DNA of 60,067 nucleotides from positions 788,658 through 848,724 of the forward strand of contig JAHRHZ010000019.1 in NCBI GenBank assembly GCA_024137785.1, given 5' to 3'. The notes beneath the pieces were generated by a model. The model made no database searches and was not told where the DNA came from. It saw nothing but the letters and a program-made list of their open reading frames with translations. The first letter of the stretch is position 1. The number at the start of each line of letters is the position of its first letter. Positions 23,638 through 35,207 of the stretch are shown here, in pieces. A program made the translations under genes and the position numbers. The stretch comes from Ginglymostoma cirratum. Taxonomy: Eukaryota.

Positions 23638-23786
23638 AAAAATCTTCCCATGGCTTTCCCTGGGTTTCATATCCTATTTTAATCAAAGGCATTATTCTGT
23701 TTTTCGCTGTTGTGATCTGCATTATCCTGTCCATACCTTTTCTTTGGAAACAAAAACTGCTCATCACTAAAGAACTCCACGCAAGG
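23638..23786 (+). CDS. Transmembrane exon with intramembrane lysine
   Basis: Branch-like cctaac, acceptor ttttacag, phase-1 start matching V3; (E)KSSHGFPWVSYPILIKGIILFFAVVICIILSIPFLWKQKLLITKELHAR, donor gtaaat (phase 0). Confidence 0.85.
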
Positions 23787-24832
23787 GTAAATCCCATTTC
23801 ATCTTGCGATTCTGACACTGCAGTTATTGATTTTTGACATTGGGGTGATTTTTTTTTTGAGTTCTGATTTTCCCACTGAAGTGTAAAGATCCATTGTAAA
23901 TGGGGGATCGGTGACTGTTGAGACCATCCCCCATGTCCAGATGCCCAATCTCTGCCAATTACTCCATCTCTGGTATCACACGCCCTCCAGTGCCAGGCCA
24001 CAAGCACCTGCTGGTGACAGTTAGAAAGCTTTGCATGGGTCAAGCATTAGACATCACCTGCAGGATCCCCAGTAGATACCGGATCATTATCCACCAAGCC
24101 CAGTGTTAAGGTCTGCCTTAGTGCTGGTGGCTCACTGGCAGCACAGATCCTCCTGCTGGGAAGACCATGCAAGTGCCAGACCACTCGGACCAACAGCCTG
24201 AGCTGGTCTTTGACTTCCCTTTCAGAAATCACAATTCACATTTCCCTGCCCTGTTCCCACATCCATTCAATCCTCTTTGTTTCTCACACCACTCTCCAAC
24301 CGAATGCAGAATGTTGAAACTAGTTCTACACCTGCCATTAATCTGAAGTGACTACTCGCGCCTTCCCACCCTGTGGGTGAAGCAATTTCCCAAGCATCTG
24401 GACTGAATCTTTTCTGTTGTACTTTATGTCTATGATCCCTCATTCTTCATCCCTTCAGTAGTCTGTTTTCATCTCGTTCATTGCACCTTTGAAGTGTTTT
24501 ATATACTTTGATCGTAGCCCTGCAGTCTATGTTCTTGCAATGATATAAAGGTATTCTGAAGTTTTTTCTTGTATTTGCTCATCCTGGGCAGCATCCCAGT
24601 GAGTTAGTGCAGCTCTCTCGCTCAGTATTTTCTCGATCAGAACCAACTGAAAGTGCAGCAAGTTTTTTTATAAAAGAAATCTCTCCCTTGCACCGTTGGA
24701 AACAACAACAACTTGGTCAAATTTCCTAGCATACACTCTGGTTTTGGTTAAATTCTTTCCTTTGTTGTTCACACAAATTCTGCTCTTTTTAGCAAATGAT
24801 ATAAGTTTCTAGATCATTCTTTTGTCTTTAAG

Positions 24833-24885
24833 CTGGTCTCAAAAGTCCGTCGTGAAAAACCTAAGGTCCATCAGCACCGAATGAA
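24833..24885 (+). CDS. Possible small cytoplasmic exon (LVSKVRREKPKVHQHRM)
   Basis: Acceptor ttcttttgtctttaag, open and basic in phase 0; donor unclear, and a PLE is inserted immediately downstream. Confidence 0.3.
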
Positions 24886-24894
24886 GTTTACAGT

Positions 24895-26371
24895 CCTCTT
24901 CTAGCCCACACTCACAACTCTTTCACTGATACGTTGGTGAGATTATTGGTGCTGCTTCACTCTCTCGTCTGGAATTGGAACAGCTCATTGATTTAGCCTC
25001 CAATGTCCATCCTGCCCTCACTTGCACCTGGTCTATCTCTGACTCCTCCCTTCCCTCCATTGACATCTCTGTTTCCATTTCTGGGGATAGACTGGCCAAC
25101 AATATCCACTATAAATCCACTGACTCCCACAGCTACCTGGACGATACATCGTCACACCCTGCTTCCTGTAAAGATTCCATCCCATTCTTTCAGTTCCTCT
25201 GTCTCCATTGTACATGTTCAGATGAGGCCAACTTCGACAAGGGAACCTCTGAAATGTCCACCTTCTGCCTCAACCGAGGATTCTCCAGCTCTGTGGTCGA
25301 CAGGGCCCTCAACCAGGTCCAACTCATCTCCCGCACTTCTGCCCTCACCCCCGTCTTCCCTCCCGCAACAGCGATTGGGTTCCCCTTGTCCTTACCTACC
25401 ATCCTACCAGCATCCACATCCAGAAGACCATCAGGCGCCATTTCTGCCACCTCCAGCGAGATGTCACCTCCAGACACATATTCCCCTCCCCTCCCTTGTC
25501 TGCATTCTGCAGGGACCATTCCCTCCAGGACACCCTGGTCCACACTTCCTCCACCCCCGACACCCCACCACAGCCCCATGGCACATTCCCCTGTAATCAG
25601 CGAAGGTGCAACACCTGCCCATTTACCTCCTTCCTCCCCAGTATCCAAGGGCCCAAACATACCGTCCAGGTGAAGCAGCACTTCACCTGCACTTCCCAGA
25701 ATCTAATCTACTGTGTTCGCTGCTCACAATGTGGTCTCCCCTACACTGGGGAAACGAAGCGTAGACTGGGTGACCGTTTCGCGGAACATTTATGTTCTGC
25801 TCATAAAAAAGACCCTGCATTACCTGTTGTCTGCTTCTTTAATGCACCACTCTGTTCCCTGGCCAATCTCTCTCTCTGGCTTGCAGCAGTGTTCCAGTGA
25901 AGATCAACGTAAGCTGGGAGAACAACATCTCTTTTTCCGCAGCCCTCTGGACTCCATTTTGAGTTCAATAATTTTAGGGCCTAAACTCTCCCATGTCTCA
26001 GCCCCCTACCCCATGCACCAGGCCTTGTTAACACATCACCTGCCATTACACACCCCCTGTTGTTAGTCACTAACAGTCCCCATTAATAACTATTCACCCT
26101 CCCAGCCTGATCGTCATCAACTCCTTTGTCTGTCCAACTGCTCGTCTCTCTCTTTAGGCTCAATCCTATCGTTTACTTCCAACCCCATCCCTCTCCCCTA
26201 TTTTCTGCATATAAACTGATGTTTTCCCAGCCGCCATCAGTTCTGAGGAATGGTTAACCTGAAACGTTAACTCTGATTTTGTCCTTCACGGATGCTGCCA
26301 GACCCGCTGAGCTTTTCCATCAACTTTGTTTTTGTTCCTGATTTACAGCATCTGTAGTTCTTTCAGTTTTT
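24895..26371 (+). mobile_element. 5'-truncated Penelope-like element (RT thumb + GIY-YIG + terminal repeat; hammerhead-like motif at 26243-26268)
   Basis: NLIYCVRCSQCGLPYTGETKRRLGDRFAEH; imperfect TSD atgaagtttacagt (24881-24894) / atgaagattacagt (26372-26385). Confidence 0.88.
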
Positions 26372-26435
26372 ATGAAGATTACAGTGTTGTTCTGTGTTAA
26401 ATGTGCACTAAATCTAATATGTGGCATTTTTTTAG

Positions 26436-26473
26436 GAGCCCTGGTGAAGACCAGAACACTGTGTATGAAACAG
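26436..26473 (+). CDS. Probable small cytoplasmic exon (SPGEDQNTVYET), non-canonical donor
   Basis: Acceptor gcatttttttag; tyrosine motif; ending at cag|gaaagc gives the phase 1 needed by the 30470 exon, but the donor is GA not GT. Confidence 0.45.
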
Positions 26474-26810
26474 GAAAGCAAACTAATTCAATCATCATGA
26501 CAACATTTGGCAAGAATTTCTCTCTGTTCAAAATATCCCTTTTACACGATTGGATTCCTGATGCGATTAATAAGTTAACTGTTCGAGTAGGTCATTGTCT
26601 GGTGAACACAATTGACCTTGAGAGATGGTGACCTCACAGCTGATAGAATGAAGGTGATAAGATCCCCCTGGGCTTTTAGCTACAGCTTGTAACTGCCCCC
26701 CAGGACGGCAATGCTGTAAAGAATGGACCTGAAAATGGATGGACCTTCAGACACAGAAACAGCCTCCTATAGTCCACCAGCCAACAGAGACAGACCTTTG
26801 TAAATGTGTT

Positions 26811-27390
26811 ATAGAACACAGAATATAGAACATAGAACAGTACAGCACAGTACAGGCCCTTCGGCCCACGATGTTGTGCCAAACTTTTACCCTAAACCTA
26901 AGGTCTATCTAACCTCCACCCCTACCTTATACTATCATCCATATGCCTATCTAATTGCCGCTTAAATGCCCCTAATGAGGCCGACTCCACTACCCTCTCT
27001 GGCAATGCATTCCACGCACTTACCATTATCTGAGTAAAGAATCTACCTCTGACATCTCCCTTATATCTACCTCCACTCACTTTAAAACTATGCCCCCTCG
27101 TAATAGCTACCTCAACCCTAGGAAAAAGTCTCTGGCTGTCCACTCTACCTATACCTCTGATTATTTTGCACACCTCTATCAAGTCACCTCTCATCCTTCG
27201 TCGTTCTAAAGAAAAAGCCCTAGCTCTGTCAACCTTTCCTCGCAAGACCTTCCCTCCATTCCAGGCAACATCCTGGTAAATCTCCTCTGCACCTTTTCCA
27301 ATGCTTCCACATTTTTCCTGTAATGAGGCGACCAGAACTGGACACAATGCTCCAGATGTGGCTGAACTAGTCTTTTGTATAGCTGGAGCT
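26811..27390 (-). mobile_element. Young CR1 3' fragment
   Basis: FSLERRRMRGDLIEV...FFTQIMVSAWNALP; (agaacat)n tail. Confidence 0.88.
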
Positions 27391-27639
27391 ATATTATCTA
27401 TATATTATATTGTCAGAACCATTCCTGAGATCAATGAATGCTGACAGGGGATCGAATAGGGTTTTCAAGATGATGAGATGATGTGCAGAAGAGAGAAAAA
27501 CATACAAGCTGTGGATGAATATTTATTACAGTTGGAATAACCTTAACACATGCAATAAAACAATGTTTCACCTGACCGCTCATCACTATCCATTACATAG
27601 ACTCAAGTCCAGAGAAATTATCCTCCAATCTCTTTAAGG

Positions 27640-30245
27640 ACAAAAGTAGTAGGAACAGGAATGGACCATGTGGCCCCTTGGGTCAGCTCCATCATTAAAT
27701 AGGATCATGGCTGATCTGACATTCCCACATTCATTTTCCTATGTTTTCTCCGTAGCTCTTGATTCCTTGACTGAAAGAGAATTATCCATCATAACCTTAA
27801 ATATACGCAAGGACTGTGCCCCCACAGCTGTCTGTTGCTAGAAGTTCCAAAGACTCACAACCCTGTGAGAAAAGGAACTCTTCCTCTTTTCAGTGTTCCA
27901 TTGGTGACCCTTCATTCTCTGAGTCTGCCAAATGGTCCTAGTCTCTTATGTGAGGGCAACATTCTCTCAACATTTACCCTGTCAAGCTGCTTAAGACTCT
28001 CATATGGACAGCCTGGTGGCTCTGTGGTTAGCAAAGCTGCCTCACAACATGAGGGGCCTGGGGTCGATTCCACCCTCAGGTGACTGTCTGTGTGGAGTTT
28101 GCACATTGTCCCTGTGTCTGGGTGGGTTTCTTCTGGGTGCTCCTGGTTCCTCTCATTGTTGTAAAAGTCTACTGACTTGCAGGTTAAGTGAACTGGCCAT
28201 GCTGAAGTGTCCAGGGATGTGCAGGCCAGGTGGTTTAGCCATGAAAAATGTGGGGTTACTTGGATAGTGTTGAACTGGGCAGGGTGCTCTTTGGAGGTGC
28301 AGACTTAATGGGCTGAATATTCTGCTTCCACATAGTAAGGATTCGATGTTTCAATGAGATCACCTCTCATTCTTCTAAACTCCAGTGAGTAGAGTCCCAA
28401 TCTGTTTAGACTTTGTTTATGAAACAGTCTGTCCATACTAGGAATCATCAGAGTCCACTTTCTCTGAACTTCTTCCAATGAAATCATATCCTTTCTTAAA
28501 TAAGGGGATCAAAACAGCACACAGTACACCAGATGTTGTCTCAGCAGCACCTTGTTCAGTTGCAATAAGACTTCCCCAAACTTAGACTCCAACCCCCTTG
28601 AAATAATGGCCAATGTTCCATTAGCTGATTACTTGCTGCCCCTGTATGCTAGCTTTCTGCCATTCAAATAATATTCTGTTTTTTTTCACATTCTATTCCA
28701 AAATGATCAACTTCATATTTTCTGACACTACACTCCATTTGGTAACTTATTTATCCTGTTCCTACCTCTCTGTAAGCTGTTAGTATCCCTCCCACAACTG
28801 ACTTTTCCATCTCTTTTTGTGTCATCTGAAAATTTAGCTACAGTACATTCACTTCCTCCTTCCTGGTCATTAATATAAATTGTAAACAGTTGTGGTCCCA
28901 GTTCTGAATCCTGTGGACCCCACTGGCCCCATGTATCCTTGACCTGAGAATAACCTCTATCATCATTCGCTATTTCCTGCCCATCAGCCAATTCTCTACC
29001 CAAGATTCCCTAGTACCATTGTCGACAGGGCAATCAACCCGGTCCTACCTATCTCTTGCACTTCTGCCCTCACTCCTCTCTTCTCTCCCACAACAGCAAT
29101 AGGCTCCCCCTTGTCCTTACCGACCATTCCACCAGCGTCCACATCCAGAAGACAATCAGCTGCCATTTCTGCCACTTCCAGCGAGATGCCACGACCAGAC
29201 AGTTATTCCCCTCCCCTCCCTTGTCTGCCTTCTGCAAGGATGATTCCCTCTGTGACACCTCGGTCCACTCTTCCTTCGCTCCTAACACCCCCTCAAAGCC
29301 CCACAGCATGATTATCTGGAAATTAACACCTGCCCATTTACCTCCTCCCTCCTCAGTATCCATGGGCCCAAGCATTCATTCCAGGTGAAGCAGAACTTTA
29401 CCTGCACTTCCCACAATCTAGTCTACTGCTTTTGCTGCTCACGTTGTGGTCTCCTCTACACTGGGGAAATGAAGCATAGACTGGGTGACTGCTTCGCAGA
29501 ATATATATGTTCTTCCCTCAGAAAATTCCCTGAGCTTCCTATTGCCTGCCACGTTCCCTGACTGACATCTCTGTCTGAGGCTTGCTGCAGTGTTCCAGTG
29601 AAGCTCAGTGCAATCTGAAAGACCAACACCTCATTTTCCACCTGTGGACCCTGCAGCCCTCCGGACTCAGCATCAAGTTCAACTCTCCCATGACCTAAAC
29701 CCCTACCATACACACCAGGTGTTGTTATCTCATAGTCTGCCATTATACACTGCCTGTTATTAGCCACTAACAGTCTCCATTAATAGCTATTCATCCTGCT
29801 AGACTCTTTGTTATCGACTCCTTTGTCTGTTCAACTGTTCTTCTCTCTCTTTGGGTTCTATCCCTACCTATCATTTATTCATTAAACCTCCCCTACCCTT
29901 TCATCTAAACCGACATTTTCTGAGCTACCATCAGCACTGAGAAAAGGTCACCGGACTTTAATTTCTCTTCACGGATGCTGTCAGACTTGCTGAGCTTTTC
30001 CAGCAACTTCTGTTTTTGTTGCCAATTATCTGTGCACTCCAGTACATCTCTACCACGGTGGGATGTTATCTCATGACTTATCCTTTTGTAATATACATTG
30101 TAGAATGTCTTCTGTAAATCCCAATAAAACACATTATTAGTTCCATCAATCCACTCTGGTTTGATTTCCTCTAAAAACTATAATGAATTTGTCAGACACA
30201 ATTTCCCTTTCATGAATCCATGTTGACTCTGCTTGATCAGATTAA
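27640..30245 (-). mobile_element. Old CR1 fragment interrupted by a V-SINE (about 28013-28345, +) and a PLE (about 29003-30022, +)
   Basis: LYSLEFRRMRGDLIET, LGPQLFTIYIND, KFSDDTK and YWDLQKTFYNV on the minus strand in three pieces. Confidence 0.75.
29003..30022 (+). mobile_element. Degenerate Penelope-like element 3' part
   Basis: RLPLVLTDHSTSVHIQKTI...FPSPPLSAF; colinear with about 25290-26340. Confidence 0.8.
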
Positions 30246-30469
30246 ATCACAGAATGTTAACGCATTCTGAAGCCAGATGGTGGGAGAGAAAGGCTGGTGC
30301 CGCCTTTTCCATCTCCTTCCATACTTTCCTTGGTTTAAAGCAATATCCTCGTCTGATTTTGGTCCACAATCCAAAATAAAGACTGTTATAAAGATGTGGT
30401 CTTTATTCGGAAATGGTCTCAGCAACATCTCAGCTGCCTACTTGTGACGTTTTACTCTTTGTCTCACAG

Positions 30470-30543
30470 GGTCATTGGCAGCAACTGGTGACCAGTATAT
30501 GCCTGGAGCTTACAGAATCCCTCCTTCAACAGGACATAGAAAG
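30470..30543 (+). CDS. Cytoplasmic exon (GSLAATGDQYMPGAYRIPPSTGHRK)
   Basis: Acceptor tttactctttgtctcacag, strong donor aag|gtgagc, open in phase 1 to 0, compatible with the next exon. Confidence 0.72.
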
Positions 30544-31835
30544 GTGAGCTTCAATGTACTTTACTGTACGTGTTCCTAGAGCAGGAAACAGGCTAGGGGA
30601 AGAGCTGGTGTCATTGTCAATTTATGTTTTCAAATCAGAGTCTCCTGTGCAGCCAGCCTTTTATCTTAAGCCGCTTGTTCCACCTCACTGGGGTAACACG
30701 CTGAAAATCGAGCCCAGCTGTGTCTGGAGTTGTCACAAAATTTAAAGATTTTATAAACTACGCACAAGTCCCCCATTTCCCTGTATTGTAGTCACATATT
30801 GTCAGAAAGCATGGACAGGGCTTTTCTCCTTAACAAGAGTTCCTGTTTATAACAAAGAAATTGAATCTAAATGCATGAAAATAATGATGAACTGTTCACA
30901 TATAACTCTATCAGTTAAAACTTATAAGCTTTTACACAGACCCCCTTACACACATATAGACTGACACAGACAGATAAAAACATGGGTGTTATGGACAGAG
31001 GGAAAGACTGGGAAGACAGTTTAGAGTTCCCTGTCGACAGGGTTTTCTGAGATGATTCTTGTGCTGCTCAGATGCCGCTTCTCAATCTTCCTTCTCCAGA
31101 TGCTTTCCCTTGTTTACTGAATGCACAGGAGGTCTAATTCATACTTATAACAGCTCTCTGATTAATTCACACTTATAGCAGCTCTGTGACTATTCCTTAA
31201 AAGTTGCAGTTTACGGGAACTACTGAAGGTGAAATCAACTGACTTTCTCCAGGCTCCAAGTGCTATTTACTGCAAAGAAAAGAGAGATAGGTTCTAAGCT
31301 GGTGCAAATCCAATAACTTCTCCGTACTTTTTTCAACACTTCCATAGTTGTTCAGCTCCCTGTGAGCTTTCCTCACTCACCCCTCCCTCTGCCCCAGCTT
31401 ACTCCACCTCCGTTAGAAGAGACCTGTATATGAATGACATGTTGCACCTGATTTGGAGGGGGACCAATGTCCTGGCGGGGAGATTTGCTCGTTGGAATGC
31501 CATTTTTACGTACCCTCCTGCCCCATCACTCCCATCCACCCACGCCGCTCTCTGTCCACCCTCCATTCCATTTGGCCTGTAGACACTCTCCCACTGCTGC
31601 CCCAACAGGCAGCTGTGTAAACAGCACTTACAATGAGGAACAGGTTGCTTGATTTCAGAAAGTGCAGCATTGCCTCAACAATGCTTGTTTTGCAAAAGAC
31701 ATAACTTCCCATTTCAGTCCACAATCGAAAATACAAATCATAAAAAGATTCCCACTCCATGACAGCTTGTGTCTCTCGTTCATTACTTCCTGGCATAGAG
31801 AGAGATCAGATGAACAAATCCCAGAACTCGACATT

Positions 31836-32165
31836 ATGGTGTGGCACAGTGGCTTAATGGCTCAGCACTGCTCCGTCACAGTACCACTGTTGTAGGTTTA
31901 ATTCCACCCTCAGGTGACTGTTTGTGTGGAGTTTGCACATTCTCCCCATTTGTGGGTTGGTTTTCTCCAGGTGCTCCCGTTTCCTCCCACGGTCCAAAGA
32001 TGTGCAGGTTAGGTGGTTTGGCCATACTAAATTCCCAACACTGTTCAGGGATGAATGGAGTAGGTGGTTTTTAGAGGGATGTGTCTGGATGGGATGCTAT
32101 GTGGGTTGGCATGGACATGTTGGGCCGATGGGCCTGTTTCCACATGGTAGGGATTATTCTATCTT
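31836..32165 (+). mobile_element. HE1-type V-SINE
   Basis: ggtgtggcacagtggcttaatgg...tgtgtggagtttgcacattctcccc...gggcctgtttcc. Confidence 0.82.
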
Positions 32166-32195
32166 CTAACCTTTCTTGTTTCCATTTTATTACAG

Positions 32196-32237
32196 AATGT
32201 AAAAGATTCTCGAGCAAATTCTGACTCCACATACATG
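32196..32237 (+). CDS. Cytoplasmic exon with first half of ITAM (NVKDSRANSDSTYM)
   Basis: Acceptor tccattttattacag, donor atg|gtaaat, 42 nt, phase 0-0. Confidence 0.82.
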
Positions 32238-33459
32238 GTAAATATCTCACACTGCAATTAACATCTGAGTTTTATAAAATTCATCCTATTCCCAAAGAGT
32301 TCTCTTTCTGAGATTTCATTGGTTCCATCATCTGACAGAAATCTGTATTAACCAATCAACAACAGTGAGAATGAACTCAGGACTGAGCAAATCAGATTGT
32401 CCTTCATGCTGGATTCCCAATTTGATTACAGGGATCTTCATGCTCAGGTCCCATATTATTGTCTGAACTCTCTGATCTTGTTGTTTTCCAATCCCGGGGT
32501 CAAACCACCACCTCCTGAGCCCCGCCTGGACCCCACAAGTTCAAGGCTCATCCTCTTCCACTCAGCCCGACAAACTCAGTGCTATCCCTTCCTCCCTCAT
32601 GCCCAATCATCTGGCCTCCTCAGTTTCCGCCAACTTCAGGGGCAACTTTGGTCATCACTGCATTCCACAATTCTTGGAAAGAATGATCATTTTCCATTTA
32701 TATCACTCCTCCCATAATCTCAGCATTGCTTGGGAGCCTTTACACTGAGTGAAGTGCTTTTGAAACGTGGTCACTGTTACCAGAAAGAAAGGCACCAATT
32801 TAAACACAGCAAGGTTACAGGGAGAACAATGCTGCTGTAGAATATTAGAACATAAGAGAAAGGACCAAATGTAAAGCCGACAGCTCCTCCTCGTTGCTCC
32901 ACAATTCAATACAATCCTGGTGGATAATCTGCCCCAATTCTACTTTCCAATCTGCTCCTCATATCTCAGAAATTCTCAGAAAGACAAGATGTCTCCACGT
33001 TTCAGCCCAAAACGCGCTTACTGATGGAACATCGTCAAGTCTTTAGCGGAGAGAATTCCAAAGATTAGCAACCCTTTGAAGAAAGAAATTTCTTCCAAAC
33101 AGATATACCCCTGATTGTGAAAACAGGGCTTCAGTTTGATATCTGATTGAAAAGCCTGTCCTGCTGACACTGCTGCACTGCCTCTGTCCTGCACTGAGGG
33201 ACCAGCCTGGATGGTATGATCAAATCTAGGGACTCAGCTTTCAATCCAAAATCTCCAGTCTCAAAAACCAATGTTTTTCCACCGAGCCAACACTAATAAA
33301 TGAAGGAGGCTGTAAAAATGCGTCAGGTTCCAGTGAGAGAAATCTCTTTTGTCCATAAGCAGTAAATGTTGTTAGAATGCGAAATAATTCTGAGTAAGCC
33401 ACCATTGCGTTCATTGTCTAGATCACAACATTTTTTTAACATTTCTCTTTCCCTGTTAG

Positions 33460-33502
33460 GCATTGCAGCAACATGATTGCTCTATTTACAGTGAGCTTAG
33501 AG
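33460..33502 (+). CDS. Cytoplasmic exon with second half of ITAM (ALQQHDCSIYSELR)
   Basis: Acceptor atttctctttccctgttag, donor gag|gtatgt, 43 nt, phase 0 to 1; completes YMAL-x7-YSEL. Confidence 0.85.
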
Positions 33503-33824
33503 GTATGTTTCTGGTTTTGCCTCCAACAAAGTATTTTTACCTGATGCAGCAAGGTTTATGCTATCTCCTGTAAAATAAGAATTTTGGTGTGGGCGTTGTG
33601 TTATTAATGAGTGTAAGATCTACTATTATATACAGCAACTTCAAAATGGACGAGGCTCCTATTGTATACAATATGACATCACTTAGGCATGTCAACGTCT
33701 GGGCTAACATGAGCGATTGGGTTACATAGAACAGGGTTATTTCCCATAGGATCTCATGCTCCATGGAATCTGAGAGCTTTGTACTCTCAGGTCATAGGCT
33801 GAGATGCTGTGATGATGTCATCAG

Positions 33825-34450
33825 CATGTAGAACCATCGAATCATTCAGTACTAAAAAAGCCCTTCAGCCCATCAAGTCTGTTCCATTAAATACTACAGT
33901 ACACCTACACTAGGCCCAATTTCCACCACTATGCCCACAGCCTTGAATGTTATGATATTCCAGTTGCTGATCCAAGTACATTTTTAATGGTTGCGAAGTT
34001 TCCTGCCACAACTATCCTCCCAGGCAGTGCATTCCAGAGTCCCTCCACCCTCTGGGTGAAACGTTTTTCTTCCTCATATCCCCAGTGAACCTCTCACATT
34101 TCATAGAATCACTCAATTATACAGCACGGAAACAGACCCTTTGGTCCAACTTGTCCATGTCAACCCAGTTTCCCAAAGTAAACTCATCACATTTGCCTGC
34201 ATTTGGCCTGTATCCATTGAAACCTTTCCTATTCATGTACCTGTCCAAATGTATTTTAGGTGTTGTAATTGTACCTGCATTCTCACTGCCTCTAGCTGCT
34301 CATTCCACATATGAACCACCCTCTGTGTGAAAATGTTGCCTCTAAGGTCCTTTCAAATCTTGCTCCTCTCACTTTAAAAATATGCCCCCAAGTTTTGAAC
34401 TCCCCTTCCCTCAGGAAAAGGCCATTGACATTCTCCTTATCTATGCTCCT
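33825..34450 (-). mobile_element. Two adjacent or nested CR1 3' tail fragments
   Basis: Minus-strand KTWGHIFKVRGARFERTLEATF-like sequence and CR1-type tails. Confidence 0.6.
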
Positions 34451-34469
34451 CCTAATCTTCCACAGTGCA

Positions 34470-34725
34470 CAATGATGACCATTGAAACCCAGTGGATGAT
34501 CACCAATAATTTTCCAGTTAACGAACATACCTCTCAAGGAGAGAAACCAGTCTGTTATACTTGGTCTGGTCAATATGTGACTCCAGACCCATAGCAACGT
34601 GATTGACTCTGAACAGCCCTCTGAAATGTCACTCGCACGACAGTCAGTTCAAGGGGCAATTAGGGATGGGCAATGAACGCTGGCTCAGCCAGTGACATCC
34701 ACATGCCATGAATGAAGAAAAAATA
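34470..34725 (+). mobile_element. DeuSINE/SacSINE1-like 3' fragment
   Basis: tggtctggtcaatatgtgactccagaccc...gggcaattagggatgggcaat...agccagtgacatccacat; related pieces at about 36165-36300(+), 38228-38440(-) and 14615-14708(-). Confidence 0.6.
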
Positions 34726-35181
34726 AGCCTTCACTCAACATGGCCCTGGAGCAGGAGCCCTGCGTCTATTACAGTCATTCTGGGGATATGAGTGTGCCTG
34801 TTTGGGCCAGCATTTATTGTCCATTAGTAGTTGCCTTGGTGGTGGCATGTACTCATAGTGGGCAGTGAGTACAGTGTGGTAATAGACCATTATTGGTCAT
34901 ATGCGACACACACACACTCATCCAATGAAGGGAAGTGAGAATACTGAACAATTCTCCCTTCAGAGCCCTGAGGTGTTAAGACTAACTGCAGCTTTGACTG
35001 ACATTGTGTCTGGGATACACATATTCACCACCGGCTGGTGAGAGAGGCTGGTAGCGTCCAGGCAGAAATCACTGAGTTACTTCCTGGATCAACCCAGAAC
35101 GTCTGAAATTACAACTTGTTGCTGCATTTGTGTAAAGATTAATTTTGGAAACTAATATCGGTTTTAATTTTGTTTGGACAG

Positions 35182-35207
35182 GCTCTAAACAAACTCCTGA
35201 AACCTAA
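35182..35207 (+). CDS. Terminal coding exon (GSKQTPET*)
   Basis: Acceptor ttttaattttgtttggacag; phase 1 gives GSKQTPET-TAA; phase 0 gives ALNKLLKPNVQKQSFRGCLGPGA-TAA (35253). Confidence 0.6.

Larger units (their letters stand above)
14200..35207 (+). pseudogene. Copy A: multi-V-domain non-rearranging IgSF receptor gene (V1-V2-V3-TM-cytoplasmic ITAM), probably pseudogenised
   Basis: Phase-compatible exons listed below; in-frame TAA TGA in V2; leader and promoter missing by comparison with copy B. Confidence 0.75.

Noticed and set aside
23414-24043. 209-aa minus-strand ORF
   Set aside because: Antisense shadow of the TM exon fused to a LINE fragment; no coherent domain.
30785-31400. Possible solo LTR or other unclassified repeat (also about 13484-13760)
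   Set aside because: No paired termini, TSD or second copy found by eye; cannot support without a repeat library search.
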